This document shows, one piece after another, positions 10,389 to 20,689 of a DNA stretch of 64,000 nucleotides. The number at the start of each line of letters is the position of its first letter. The stretch's first letter is position 1. Source of the stretch: Promethearchaeota archaeon (GTDB taxonomy: Archaea > Asgardarchaeota > Lokiarchaeia > Sigyniarchaeales > SOKP01). A program made the position numbers and the translations under genes. The DNA is taken from NCBI GenBank assembly GCA_029838195.1, contig JALGVJ010000017.1:32001-96000 (forward strand). The letters are read 5' to 3'. Below the pieces are notes generated by a model, which searched no databases, was not told where the DNA came from, and saw only the letters and a list, made by a program, of their open reading frames with translations.

Positions 10389-10709
10389 TTATTCCGAAAG
10401 AATTAATTGATTAATCTCAATTAATTTATCATATACGTCTTTTCCTTTCTTAGTCAGTTGAATTATGGTGTTATTTTTACTATTATTTTTTTTGGATTCC
10501 GTAGTAGGATTTATATCTATGATTTCAATTAAACCTTTCTCTATCAATTCATTTTTAATCCGGAAAAATGAGTTGTAATAACTAAATTTATTCAATTCGT
10601 TATAAAAGGTGTGTTTATCAATTTTATGGTTTTTAAATTTGGAAAGGACGTAAAAAGTATCTCTAAAACCTTTTTTCTTTAAAAATGAAAATAATCCATC
10701 CATGTTCAT
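10389..10709 (-). CDS. Small winged-helix DNA-binding protein
   Basis: ELIEKGLIEI...IQLTKKGKDVY wing motif; GAGGAGGG RBS. Confidence 0.65.
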   Translation of the reverse strand: MNMDGLFSFLKKKGFRDTFYVLSKFKNHKIDKHTFYNELNKFSYYNSFFRIKNELIEKGLIEIIDINPTTESKKNNSKNNTIIQLTKKGKDVYDKLIEINQLILSE

Positions 10710-11047
10710 TAAAATCCCTCCTCAATATAAGGTTAGGGAGACTGAAAAAATCCCATAATAATTAATATGAAAAAAATAAAAGAATTTATAAAGCTTTTGG
10801 TTTAGATATCACGTATTTAAATAGCACGATTCAATAAAACAATGTTTAATATAATATGAATTTTCTTAACAATAATGAGAATTATCTTAAACCTTTAATG
10901 ACATGATATATAAATTATTCAGTGGTTTTCAATAGTCTTCGTAGGAAGGTTTACTAATGCTCCATTTTATTTGAAGAAAATTTATTCATTATGGAATAAT
11001 TAATTTTTCATTTCAATAAAGAAGAAGCACCAGCTTTTTTTCACACG

Positions 11048-11821
11048 ATGAATTTATTAATTCATATTAGAACTGATTCCTTCAACTTTAACATGAATAT
11101 TCGAAAGTATATTGAACAGAGTGTTGGCAATTCTCCCATCGTTTTATCTTGTGCTCATGGGGGATATAGAAAACCTCCTTTTCTTCCAAATAAGATTAAA
11201 GGTGATAAAAATCCTGATACCAATACGATTTTTATCACGAGAGCAATCATTTCTCAATTGAATACACAAGGAATCCAACCTTATTACTTGATTAGCAAAA
11301 TCCATCGAGTTAAGATTGATTTCAATAGGCCTGTGTTATCTCCCTCTGCATTTAATCAAAAATCATTAGAAGCGCGTGAAATTCATGGCTCTTATCATGA
11401 AATCTTGAAAAGGTTTACACGTGAATGCGTGCATCGCTATCAAAAATGCTTGGTAGTGGATATTCATGGATTTACAAAACCTAAAAAAGATTATCCTGAT
11501 ATCATTTTTGGGAATATTTTTGGAAATACTTTACAAATACGTTCAAACAATTCTAATGTAAAAAACCAACAGCATTCTTATTGGATTTTTTCTGAAGTAA
11601 TCAAGCAATTATCTCAAGAATTCACGTTAGATGATGGTCTCGGACTTGATATATATAATGTAGCATATTCCGGAGGCTATATTATTTATCAATTTTTTCA
11701 AATGAATAATGTAAACGCTTTTCAGTTAGAACTCTCTAAAGAGATTCGATTTGATCTAAATCTCTTAAAACATTTCATTACAATCTTTACCTCAGCCATA
11801 ATGGATGAGATAAAAGAATAA
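11048..11821 (+). CDS. N-formylglutamate amidohydrolase family protein (start may be ATG 11093)
   Basis: PIVLSCAHGG, D..T, DFNR, YH, DIHG, YSGGY and FQLE motifs. Confidence 0.75.
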   Translation: MNLLIHIRTDSFNFNMNIRKYIEQSVGNSPIVLSCAHGGYRKPPFLPNKIKGDKNPDTNTIFITRAIISQLNTQGIQPYYLISKIHRVKIDFNRPVLSPSAFNQKSLEAREIHGSYHEILKRFTRECVHRYQKCLVVDIHGFTKPKKDYPDIIFGNIFGNTLQIRSNNSNVKNQQHSYWIFSEVIKQLSQEFTLDDGLGLDIYNVAYSGGYIIYQFFQMNNVNAFQLELSKEIRFDLNLLKHFITIFTSAIMDEIKE

Positions 11822-11899
11822 AAGATCTAATATGTCCAATTAGTTTGCCTCCTTTTATTGGCGTCGTTGGTGTATTCATAATTTTATAAATAATCGTTT

Positions 11900-12676
11900 T
11901 TATTTTTGATTTTTCTGCTTTAATTTTCCCGCCTTCTCTGCTAATCTTCGGGGCATGGTGGTTTTATGGATGATAAAATTACACAATATTAACATACCGA
12001 TCCAAGCTGTTAAAACTAAGATATCAATACCAATGGGAAAAACGTTATCTCCATTTACCGCATGTTGTAATAAGTCCGTGAAATAAGTCACGGGAGAAAA
12101 TAAGGATAGGATCAGTAGGCTAAAAGAAGCTGAACTCAAAGGAATGAAAACCCCTCCAATAAATACTAAGGGAAATTTAATTAAATTTATTATCACCATG
12201 ACATCTGAAGTCATCTCTGAAGGATATGAGGAAGCCAACAAGCCCAGCAACGAGCCAGTAGAACCCATCAATCCAATTCCAGCAATTATTAAAAATACTT
12301 GTGAGAGGGACGTAATGGGAATCGAGAGTATAAACATGAATATTATCATGATGAGCAGAGAGATTAAAAACGAATATAAAAGGGAAGCAAGAAATATTCC
12401 CGATAATATTTGACGAATAGATATTGGATAAATTAACTGCCTTTCCAGTGATTTTTCACGGGTTTCTTGAGGGAGAACGACGGGACTGATTGCCGTAGAA
12501 GTAAAAAATGCGGTCATCACGATTATTCCTACAAATATTTGAGAACTCGTAAGATCCCTACCGATCACCCAGGCAAGCGTCATGAAAAAAGGAAAGAGTA
12601 ATCCGAAGATTAGCACGGGTCCTTTTTTAATATAAAGCGTGATATTTTTTCGGCACAACACCCATGTAATTGACAA
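11900..12676 (-). CDS. ABC-2 type transporter permease
   Basis: Six TM helices, FIGGVFIP and SPVTY motifs; downstream of the ATPase gene. Confidence 0.88.
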   Translation of the reverse strand: MSITWVLCRKNITLYIKKGPVLIFGLLFPFFMTLAWVIGRDLTSSQIFVGIIVMTAFFTSTAISPVVLPQETREKSLERQLIYPISIRQILSGIFLASLLYSFLISLLIMIIFMFILSIPITSLSQVFLIIAGIGLMGSTGSLLGLLASSYPSEMTSDVMVIINLIKFPLVFIGGVFIPLSSASFSLLILSLFSPVTYFTDLLQHAVNGDNVFPIGIDILVLTAWIGMLILCNFIIHKTTMPRRLAEKAGKLKQKNQK

Positions 12677-12680
12677 TTTA

Positions 12681-13643
12681 TTAGACCTCCTTTTTGTCCT
12701 TTATTCCCGTTTTGGTTATCAAATCAATAAATATTTCTTCAAGAGAAATGTCATGAACCTGAAAATCTACTATAGTAATGTTGAGAGATTTGAGCAAATT
12801 ATGTAGTTTGGTAATATCTTCTAACGGATCATCACTTCGAAATTGATAATATTTTTTTTTTAATTCCTTTAGTTCAAAATGCCGATTTAAGATCTGTTTT
12901 TGCTCCAATATCAAATCTTGGGGTGTTTGAAAACTAATTACCGATTTTTGTTTGAAATTTTTTCGGAGCATGTTTGGATTGGCATCGGCAATTATTTTAC
13001 CCTTATTCATTATCAAGACTCGATCACAGAGATTTTGAGCTTCTAGCATGTCATGAGTGGTAATTAATATGGTTTTTCCTCGTTCTTTCATTTGTATAAT
13101 CTGATTTCTCATGGTAATCGTAGAAATTGGGTCTAATCCGCTTGTAGGCTCGTCCAAAATTAAAACAGGCGGATCATGGAGTAAAGCTAAACAAAGATTC
13201 AGCCGTTGTTTTAACCCTTTGGATAACGTTCTTGCTTTTGAATTTTTTTTATTTTCGAGTTCAAATTGCTTCAAAAGGGAACTCCCCCTTTTTTTAATCA
13301 TCTTGGAAGTAAGACCATAAATTTTACCTGCAAGTGTAAGGTTTTGCCAGAGAGTAAGCGCAGAAAACACATTGCTGGTTTCAGGAACAACGCCAAAGAA
13401 AGTTTTACATTTCTTGAGGTTTTTCCTTAAATCTAAATTGAAAATGTGGATTTTACTTTTTCCATCGGGTTCGAATACACCGGTGAGCATCCGGATGGTT
13501 GTAGTTTTTCCTGCTCCATTAGGTCCTAAGAGGCCCACAATTTCTCCCGTAGAAATTTCAAAGGAAATATCATCAACAGCAAGGAGATTCCCAAATTGTT
13601 TTGTTAAATTCCTAGCACTTATTGCTATTTCGGAACTCTCCAT
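12681..13643 (-). CDS. ABC transporter ATP-binding protein (DrrA-like)
   Basis: GPNGAGKTT, LSKG, ILDEPTSGLDP and TTH motifs. Confidence 0.93.
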   Translation of the reverse strand: MESSEIAISARNLTKQFGNLLAVDDISFEISTGEIVGLLGPNGAGKTTTIRMLTGVFEPDGKSKIHIFNLDLRKNLKKCKTFFGVVPETSNVFSALTLWQNLTLAGKIYGLTSKMIKKRGSSLLKQFELENKKNSKARTLSKGLKQRLNLCLALLHDPPVLILDEPTSGLDPISTITMRNQIIQMKERGKTILITTHDMLEAQNLCDRVLIMNKGKIIADANPNMLRKNFKQKSVISFQTPQDLILEQKQILNRHFELKELKKKYYQFRSDDPLEDITKLHNLLKSLNITIVDFQVHDISLEEIFIDLITKTGIKDKKEV

Positions 13644-13811
13644 TAATTTTTCACGTCCGGCAATTAATTTTTCTCGATCTTGTGAATTCTTTAATTCTCA
13701 CTTCATAGAAATAATAATTTCTTATTCTTTCCAATATTAATTATATTATATTTTTTAAACCATTTAAACTTCAAAATGGAAAGTATTGAAATAACTTTCC
13801 TAAAATAAAGT

Positions 13812-14240
13812 ATGGAGGAGATGTCCATGCATACAAAAAGCGAAAATCTTGAGTCTTATGAAAAATTATTAAAATGGCATTGTCCTAAGCAAGAGCACGT
13901 GAAAAATTGCCAAGAAGAGTGTTGCATGGGGACTATATTAACTCTCTTCGGAAAAAAATACGTATTACCCATAATTAGATTATTATTATTCCAAGGAAAA
14001 CTACGATTTAATGAAATTGAAAAAAAGATTGGGGGTAGCCCTAAAACTATCACTGCACGATTAAGAGAATTAGAAAACCAAGGAATTATTAAACGGGAAA
14101 TATTTAATGAAATTCCTATTCGTGTGGAATATTCTTTAACATCGTATGAAAAAGAATTAGAAGATATCTTCGAAAGAATTTCCAAATGGGCTCAAAAATT
14201 AAAAAATCACCGATTAAAACCCAATTTATTAAATTCTTAA
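13812..14240 (+). CDS. HxlR-family transcriptional regulator
   Basis: LRFNEI...SPKTITARLRELE...IPIRVEYSLT; Cys-rich N-terminus; divergent from the ABC operon. Confidence 0.9.
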   Translation: MEEMSMHTKSENLESYEKLLKWHCPKQEHVKNCQEECCMGTILTLFGKKYVLPIIRLLLFQGKLRFNEIEKKIGGSPKTITARLRELENQGIIKREIFNEIPIRVEYSLTSYEKELEDIFERISKWAQKLKNHRLKPNLLNS

Positions 14241-14274
14241 TCAATTCTTTAAAAAATATATAAATTATCATGAT

Positions 14275-15099
14275 ATGAACCGTGAAGACTTGCCTTTATA
14301 TTCGCAATTACCAAATGGTTGCGGATTAAGTTCATTTTTAATGCTGATTAATCTTGAAAAACACGTTAAATACAAGAACTTATTAGAAGAAATTTTTAAT
14401 CGCCTTAATATTAGGAACTATTTAAAAAGAGATGAATTTAAATGGTCATACAGCTTGAGCTATATATTATTAAAATCCTTGGGAAATAACGTCTTGAGAG
14501 ATTTTTTAAAGAAAAAGAATGAGATCTTGGTAAAATATTACATGCCCATTTTACTTCACGAGTTAAAAGAACCAAAAGAACCCTCTTTAGCTACCCATAA
14601 TGTTATTACTCCTAAAATTCTACATTCATTTGTTCATGATATGAAAACTGATGCTGATTTAAAAATTTTGTTTTATCTTTTTGGAGGCGCGTTCTATCCT
14701 CAAGAGCAAGAATTTTTAGACGGAACGGGAGGTTTATATTTTACTCGTGAGGATTTTGATAATAATAATGGAAAGAGACATGAGAAAAAATTAAAATTAA
14801 TCATGAATCATTTATGGGAGAATAAGGGAAAAAGAATTCCCGTCATTGCTCTGAATAAAGGATATCATTGGGTCGCAATTAATTCCATCACGCCCGACAA
14901 AATCCTCATCATTCATGACCCATTAGGTGGAAAATATTTCATGGAAATCAAGCAGTCAATTCCTGATTATTACCGGTTTTATTTTTTCGACCATGATCCT
15001 AAAAATGCATTTATTTTGCAAGAACAAGTTCGCCGATTCCTTTTCTCGGAAATGAGTAGTGAGTCATGGAAAGGGAAGGAAAAAAATTTAACGGAATAA
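14275..15099 (+). CDS. Putative papain-fold cysteine peptidase (C39-like)
   Basis: SQLPNGCGLSS (Gln, Cys), GYHWVAI (His) and IIHDP (Asp) in C39 order. Confidence 0.55.
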   Translation: MNREDLPLYSQLPNGCGLSSFLMLINLEKHVKYKNLLEEIFNRLNIRNYLKRDEFKWSYSLSYILLKSLGNNVLRDFLKKKNEILVKYYMPILLHELKEPKEPSLATHNVITPKILHSFVHDMKTDADLKILFYLFGGAFYPQEQEFLDGTGGLYFTREDFDNNNGKRHEKKLKLIMNHLWENKGKRIPVIALNKGYHWVAINSITPDKILIIHDPLGGKYFMEIKQSIPDYYRFYFFDHDPKNAFILQEQVRRFLFSEMSSESWKGKEKNLTE

Positions 15100-15120
15100 A
15101 AGAAAATTATACCCCATTTT

Positions 15121-15134
15121 TTAATAAATATTCA
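15121..15134. promoter_or_regulatory. Candidate operator, TGAATA-NN-TATTCA family (1 mismatch)
   Basis: TTAATAAATATTCA about 60 nt upstream of the Fe-S oxidoreductase ATG. Confidence 0.4.
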
Positions 15135-15195
15135 TTTTACTAAAAAAAAGATATTTTAATTATTTTAATAAAATAACAAAGATTTAAGAGTCAAA

Positions 15196-16326
15196 ATGAA
15201 AGAAAATCAAATAATCGAAAAAATTCACTCGTGTCTTGATTGCAAAAAATGTCTTGAGTCTTGCGATACATATCTTGTTACGCAAGATGAGCTGAAATCT
15301 CCAAACGGGAGATTAAAAATTGCCGATAAAATCTATAGTAATATAGAAATAACAGATGAAGAATTAAACTCGATGTATACTTGTACACTATGCGGAATCT
15401 GTGATTTAGTTTGCGTTCAAAAGATTCCCATCACGGAAATAATTCATGCGTCCAAAGCTAAATTAGTGGAATTGGGGAAAGCTCCTCTTGAAATTCATGA
15501 AAAAATAATTGAAGGTATTTTAAAGTATAATAATTCCGTAAATGGAAATCCGGAAGAGCGTCTAAATTGGTTGCCTGAAAAATACAAAGCTGAAGAGCTA
15601 TTTGAGCAGAAAGATTCTGACACCTTGCTTTTTTTGGGTTGCATGTCCTCATTTAGAGTGAAAGAAAGTGCTAGTGCATCCTATGAAATTCTTAAAAAAG
15701 CCCATTATGATTTTAAAATATTAAAAAATGAACCATGCTGTGGAGAATATGTTTATAGTGCAGGAAAAGTTGAAATAGCAAAAAAAATAATGGAGGATAA
15801 TTTTTCGCTGTTCAAGAATCTTGGAATTAAAAATATTCTCGTAACATGTGCTGGGTGTCTTTATGCATTCAATAAAATATATCCCAAATATATAAAGAAT
15901 TTTAATATTAATGTAAAACACGTGATTCAAGTAATCCATGAATTAGAAAAGCAAGGCAAAATAAAATTGAAACCATTAAATAAGAGGGTAAGTTATCATG
16001 ATGCTTGTAGAATGGTTCGAAAACTTAATAATCTGAAAATATATAGAGAACCGCGAGAACTTCTCGAAAAAACAGAAACTTCTATTAATGAACTGAATAA
16101 AAAAGAAGAAAACACACCTTGTTGCGGAGCAGGTTCCGGAATAAGAGGCGTAGATAGTAGCATCACGATTAAAATTGGCTCTAAAATATTTGAAGAAGTG
16201 AATTCAAAATTAATTATTTCAGCTTGCCCGCTCTGTGTTTTTAATTATCGATATGTAAATTATAAGACACAAAATAATATAGAAACTAAATACATCACGG
16301 ATTTTCTTCTAGATGCCCTTGAATGA
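15196..16326 (+). CDS. Fe-S oxidoreductase, HdrD/GlpC-like (2x4Fe-4S plus two CCG domains)
   Basis: CLDCKKC, CTLCGIC, FLGC, EPCCG, YHDAC, CCGAG and SACPLC motifs. Confidence 0.88.
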   Translation: MKENQIIEKIHSCLDCKKCLESCDTYLVTQDELKSPNGRLKIADKIYSNIEITDEELNSMYTCTLCGICDLVCVQKIPITEIIHASKAKLVELGKAPLEIHEKIIEGILKYNNSVNGNPEERLNWLPEKYKAEELFEQKDSDTLLFLGCMSSFRVKESASASYEILKKAHYDFKILKNEPCCGEYVYSAGKVEIAKKIMEDNFSLFKNLGIKNILVTCAGCLYAFNKIYPKYIKNFNINVKHVIQVIHELEKQGKIKLKPLNKRVSYHDACRMVRKLNNLKIYREPRELLEKTETSINELNKKEENTPCCGAGSGIRGVDSSITIKIGSKIFEEVNSKLIISACPLCVFNYRYVNYKTQNNIETKYITDFLLDALE

Positions 16327-16340
16327 GAATTAATACCTAT

Positions 16341-16547
16341 TTAAATCATTTCATTTCTAATACTTTCTACATAGGCACGCAAATGAGATTTATCCGGGTT
16401 TAACCACAATGCCTTTTCATATAATGTTATAGCTTCAAGAAGATTTCCGCCTTCCTCGAATTCTTTTCCTTTTTCTTCATATAAATCAGATAATCGGTTT
16501 TCTGTCGCTTTCATGTAGTTAGATAATTCGGTATAATGTACTCGCAT
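16341..16547 (-). CDS. Small TPR-like protein (possibly a fragment)
   Basis: YEEKGKEFEEGGNLLEAITLYEKALWLNPD matches the TPR consensus. Confidence 0.5.
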   Translation of the reverse strand: MRVHYTELSNYMKATENRLSDLYEEKGKEFEEGGNLLEAITLYEKALWLNPDKSHLRAYVESIRNEMI

Positions 16548-16830
16548 TTTTACGAAAGCATGAATGAATCCGATATGATTTAAGATGAGAGAGAGAAACC
16601 TTGTCGTTTTTATTGATAAGCGATTTTTAAATTTCCATTAATCATAAAGAATCAAAAATAGGCTCCAGGCGTTAATTTTTAAATAAAGATTTTAAATCCG
16701 ACAAAGAATCTTAAATGAATATTTTGAAGTCTAATCTCTTACATTAAAAATCGGACTAAAGATCATTTTAATGTACCGCTTTTCATTTTTTAATTAGCTC
16801 TTGAATGTTGAATGAATAAAATGTCTAAAA

Positions 16831-17067
16831 ATGAGATGTATTTTGTCCGGGAAAAAAAATTCTGTTAAAGATTTTGAAAATGCATTAGCATGCTATGAAA
16901 TCATAAAAGAAGCTCTAATAGGATTAACGGAAATCACTCATGTAAATTTTTCAAAAGACGATATCTTTTATGGCGTTGCGCTTGACAATATTCAAGCCAT
17001 CCACGACGCTGTTAATTGCATTCTAGATATTTATAACCCGTATAATGAGCAGAAAAAAAACATTTAA
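16831..17067 (+). CDS. Hypothetical helical protein
   Basis: 78-aa ORF of plausible composition in otherwise unoccupied sequence. Confidence 0.5.
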   Translation: MRCILSGKKNSVKDFENALACYEIIKEALIGLTEITHVNFSKDDIFYGVALDNIQAIHDAVNCILDIYNPYNEQKKNI

Positions 17068-17460
17068 TTTTAATTTTATTTAAAAAATGATGCAATGAAA
17101 GAATTTTAAAACTCCCCAAGTTTTCAACTCTTTTTACGGTTCTTCTTAAAAGATTTTTTACTCCCAAAAAAAAATCTTCACCCTAATAGGATCTATTAAT
17201 TGATTAACTCCCTTTTTTCTCTTTATAACTGAAATGAGAAATTAAAATATTATTCAATCTGATATGAATATCATTCAAGAAATAAAGATTAAACATGTGA
17301 AAATACTTCATTTTAATCTCATTTTCAAAAAAAAGGGACGTGATTATTTATTTTACTATTATTGTATGCGGACTTTCCCTTCTAATCAAGAAAAAAAATC
17401 TGTAACCATGAAAAAATTGGAAATGCTTTTATAAGAACAAAAATTAGTTAAATCATCTAA

Positions 17461-17474
17461 TGAATATTTATTCT
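17461..17474. promoter_or_regulatory. Candidate operator, TGAATA-NN-TATTCA family (1 mismatch)
   Basis: TGAATATTTATTCT about 26 nt downstream of a TTTTATAA box (~17427) and about 22 nt before the OsmC-family ATG. Confidence 0.55.
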
Positions 17475-17495
17475 AAATTATAAAAGTGATAAAAA

Positions 17496-18005
17496 ATGCC
17501 CTCATTTAAAGAAACATATGAAGCTATCAAAGAAGATTGGAGTAAGGGAGAAAAAAATTTCAACGTAGAATGCACAATGCTAAAAGAAGGAATGCAAATA
17601 GAATGTGTAATGGGAAATCCTGGTGGTGAGCCTTTTAAACTCTTAATAGATGCTCCTGCTGGATTAGATGGAACGAATAAAGGCCCCTCTCCTTTACTTG
17701 TCATTTTGTCTTCGATTGGTGCTTGTATCATTGCCGTGACGAGATTTTGGGCTAAAATAATGAATATTAATATTAAAGAAATGAAACTCTTCTCGCGCGG
17801 ACACATAAATTTAGGAGCCATTTTTGGACTTGATGATACAAAATTAGCCGGCTATGATAAACTTGAACCCGTAATTCGGATAAAAGCGGATGCTCCGAGA
17901 GAAAAAATTGAAGAATTAATGGAAAAAGTGTTTTCACATTGTCCAATCATAACAAACTTTAGTGGTGCTTCAAAAATAACCCCAAAACTCCAGATTAGAG
18001 AATAA
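17496..18005 (+). CDS. OsmC/Ohr family protein
   Basis: IDAPAGLDGTNKGPSP, GAC and HCPI two-Cys pattern. Confidence 0.88.
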   Translation: MPSFKETYEAIKEDWSKGEKNFNVECTMLKEGMQIECVMGNPGGEPFKLLIDAPAGLDGTNKGPSPLLVILSSIGACIIAVTRFWAKIMNINIKEMKLFSRGHINLGAIFGLDDTKLAGYDKLEPVIRIKADAPREKIEELMEKVFSHCPIITNFSGASKITPKLQIRE

Positions 18006-18254
18006 AAATGATAAATTCTTTATTTTTTTCTTTCTTCTATTTATTTCTAAAAGGAAATTAGAAGATGATGAAAAATCAATTCTCATTATGCTTAAAGGGA
18101 ATTTCGCTCTTCTATTTTTAAAAAGTTAGGCGGGGGGGAACTTTCTTAGGATTTTTTAATAATACTTATGATTTTAATTCTCTTCCATTAATTTACTATT
18201 AATAACATGAAAATATAAAGAAGTAAAAATATAAAGAAAGAAAAAAAAAAAACA

Positions 18255-19403
18255 TTAAAGGATGGCAGTATCATGCCGAAATAAAATAATCCCAATGAGA
18301 GTAGAGATAACCCCTATACTCAAGATAATGGTAATATCTAATCCAATAACATTCCACGTAGTAGCACCATTTATCATCACTTGCCGCATGGCACGAGCTG
18401 CGTAATAGGTTGGTATGGAATGTGAAATGGGATTCTCAAAGTAAAAAAATAGTCCCCCCAAGAATTGAAGGGGTAATATGATAAACCAAGCTAGTCCCCC
18501 AGCTGAAGCTGTAGATTTTGTTAGCGAAGCCAGACATAGTCCCAATCCAAGACATGTAAAGGCAAAAATCATGGGAATCAGAATCAATAAAAATATATTA
18601 ACACCTTCAACAAAATAAGCTCCGACGAGATACAAGAAGAATAGCAGGAGAATAGTTTGAATCAAAGCAACGAATAATTGGGAAAGCATTCCTGAAAGCA
18701 GGATTTCGCTCCGAGCAACGGGCGTGGTACAAAGCCTTTTTAACGTTTGCTTCTCTTTTTCTTCAGCAAAAAAAAGTGAAATTTGACTAATGCATACAAG
18801 AACTCCCGCTATAACAAAACCGGGGGCAAGATAATCAAAGGCAGTCAATTGTATCGTATTTTCAAGACGAGTTGTTATTATTTTAGAAGGTGTTCCTCCA
18901 TTTCGAATGATAATAAGGTGATCGATAATTTGTTTTACGATCGAAGTGACCACGCCTTCCGTTACCTCATCGGGAATTGTCCTAATGAATACTTGAGGTT
19001 CTTTTCGCCTGTTAATTAATTCAGAAAAATTAGAAGGAATTATGATTATTGCATCGATGTTTTCAAATTTTAATAATTTTTCAGCTTCCTCCAGTGAATA
19101 TTCATTTACTTCTCCAATGATTTGAATGTAATCAGTTACTTCTTCTTTTAGGATTTGAATCATTTTTCTAGAGTAAGCAGTTCCGCCTTCTTCTGGATCA
19201 TGATTAATAATTATTAAATCATATTTTGACCGAGAATATGTTTGATTAAAAGCCAAGGCAAAAACTATTATGAGAAGTAGAGGATATCCAATTAGCCACG
19301 TTAATTGAGCTTTATCCCTGTACATGGATTTTAAATTCTTTACAAAAAGAGGCCAAACATGCCCCTTATTCTTATATTTCTTATTTTTATTTTTAAAATT
19401 CAT
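18255..19403 (-). CDS. ABC-2 type transporter permease (with extracytoplasmic domain)
   Basis: N-terminal TM, periplasmic-type domain, EEKEKQTLKRLCTTP, five further TM helices. Confidence 0.88.
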   Translation of the reverse strand: MNFKNKNKKYKNKGHVWPLFVKNLKSMYRDKAQLTWLIGYPLLLIIVFALAFNQTYSRSKYDLIIINHDPEEGGTAYSRKMIQILKEEVTDYIQIIGEVNEYSLEEAEKLLKFENIDAIIIIPSNFSELINRRKEPQVFIRTIPDEVTEGVVTSIVKQIIDHLIIIRNGGTPSKIITTRLENTIQLTAFDYLAPGFVIAGVLVCISQISLFFAEEKEKQTLKRLCTTPVARSEILLSGMLSQLFVALIQTILLLFFLYLVGAYFVEGVNIFLLILIPMIFAFTCLGLGLCLASLTKSTASAGGLAWFIILPLQFLGGLFFYFENPISHSIPTYYAARAMRQVMINGATTWNVIGLDITIILSIGVISTLIGIILFRHDTAIL

Positions 19404-19423
19404 GAATTTTACACCTCTATTTA

Positions 19424-20368
19424 TTAATCTCGCAAACGCCTCCCCGTTAAATCAAGAAAAACATCTTCTAAAGTGTTTTTTCTAATAGAAATGTCAAGCA
19501 TTTTAACTTGAACTGCATCCATTATTTCGGAAATTCTTCTCAAGCAATCTAACCCATTTAAAATTATACGCCCTTTTCCCACTTTTTTTGCCCATTTAAT
19601 GAAATCTAATTGTTTTAATCTGGAAATGATTTCATCCCGTTTTGGTCGATTCTTTTCTTCCACCTTAAACTCAATAACATCTCCTTCTCCTAAACGCTGT
19701 TTCAACTCATTGGGCCTTCCATGGGCAATGATCTTGCCATAGTCAATGATGACTAATTCATCGCATAAATCATCTGCCTCTTCCATGTTATGAGTGGTTA
19801 ACAGAATGGTACAGTTCTTTTTTTGAAAATCTTTAATAAAATCCCAAACTACTCGACGGCTCTGGGGATCTAATCCCGCACTCGGTTCATCAAAAAATAT
19901 AACATCAGGTTCATGAATTACGGCCATTAACACGTTAACCCGCCTTTTCATGCCTCCCGAGTACTTTTTAACCAAATCATCAGCCCGTTCTAAAAGATTC
20001 ATTTTTTCCAATAACTCTTCCGTTCTTTCTTTATAATCTTTTTTATTCATTCCGTGCATCTGAGCAATGAGATGAATGTTTTCGCGTGCGGTTAATCTCT
20101 CATAGAGCACGATTTCCTGAGGACAGACCCCTATATGCTTTTTAATTTCTTTAGCTTCTTTTTCTAAATCATATCCTAAGATAAATGCATTTCCACTTGT
20201 GGGTGGAAGAATCGTGCTTAACATGGAAATAGTCGTGGTTTTTCCTGCCCCATTTGGTCCCAAAAAACCAAATAATTTTCCTTGGGGTATTTCTAAATCA
20301 ATTTCATCTACAGCAACAAGGTTTCCAAATTTTTTTTTTAACCTATTAGTTTCAATCGCCAACTCCAA
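19424..20368 (-). CDS. ABC transporter ATP-binding protein (DrrA-like)
   Basis: GPNGAGKTT, YSGGM, DEPSAGLDP and TTH motifs. Confidence 0.93.
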   Translation of the reverse strand: MELAIETNRLKKKFGNLVAVDEIDLEIPQGKLFGFLGPNGAGKTTTISMLSTILPPTSGNAFILGYDLEKEAKEIKKHIGVCPQEIVLYERLTARENIHLIAQMHGMNKKDYKERTEELLEKMNLLERADDLVKKYSGGMKRRVNVLMAVIHEPDVIFFDEPSAGLDPQSRRVVWDFIKDFQKKNCTILLTTHNMEEADDLCDELVIIDYGKIIAHGRPNELKQRLGEGDVIEFKVEEKNRPKRDEIISRLKQLDFIKWAKKVGKGRIILNGLDCLRRISEIMDAVQVKMLDISIRKNTLEDVFLDLTGRRLRD

Positions 20369-20473
20369 TTTTGAACACCAAAAACAATTTTAAATTAAAT
20401 TTATTTATCTACAAAAATAAGGAATATGGAGTCCAATATTTTAAATATAGAAACAAGAAAAATTATTTACACG

Positions 20474-20487
20474 AGAATAAATATTCA
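20474..20487. promoter_or_regulatory. Candidate operator, TGAATA-NN-TATTCA family (1 mismatch)
   Basis: AGAATAAATATTCA about 105 nt upstream of the ABC ATPase start. Confidence 0.3.
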
Positions 20488-20689
20488 AGCAAAATCGTCG
20501 AAGAAATTATAGAAATTGATGAATAAGAAGGAAAAATGATTATAATAATGTTCTGTATTTAGTGCATTATAAATAATCTTTTTCTTTTTTTTTATACGTT
20601 AAATTGAGGTTTCTATTTATTTCACGCGATATTAGATTTAAAATCTTTTTACAATTCTTTATTCATCTTTAATATTTAATAAGATTCTT

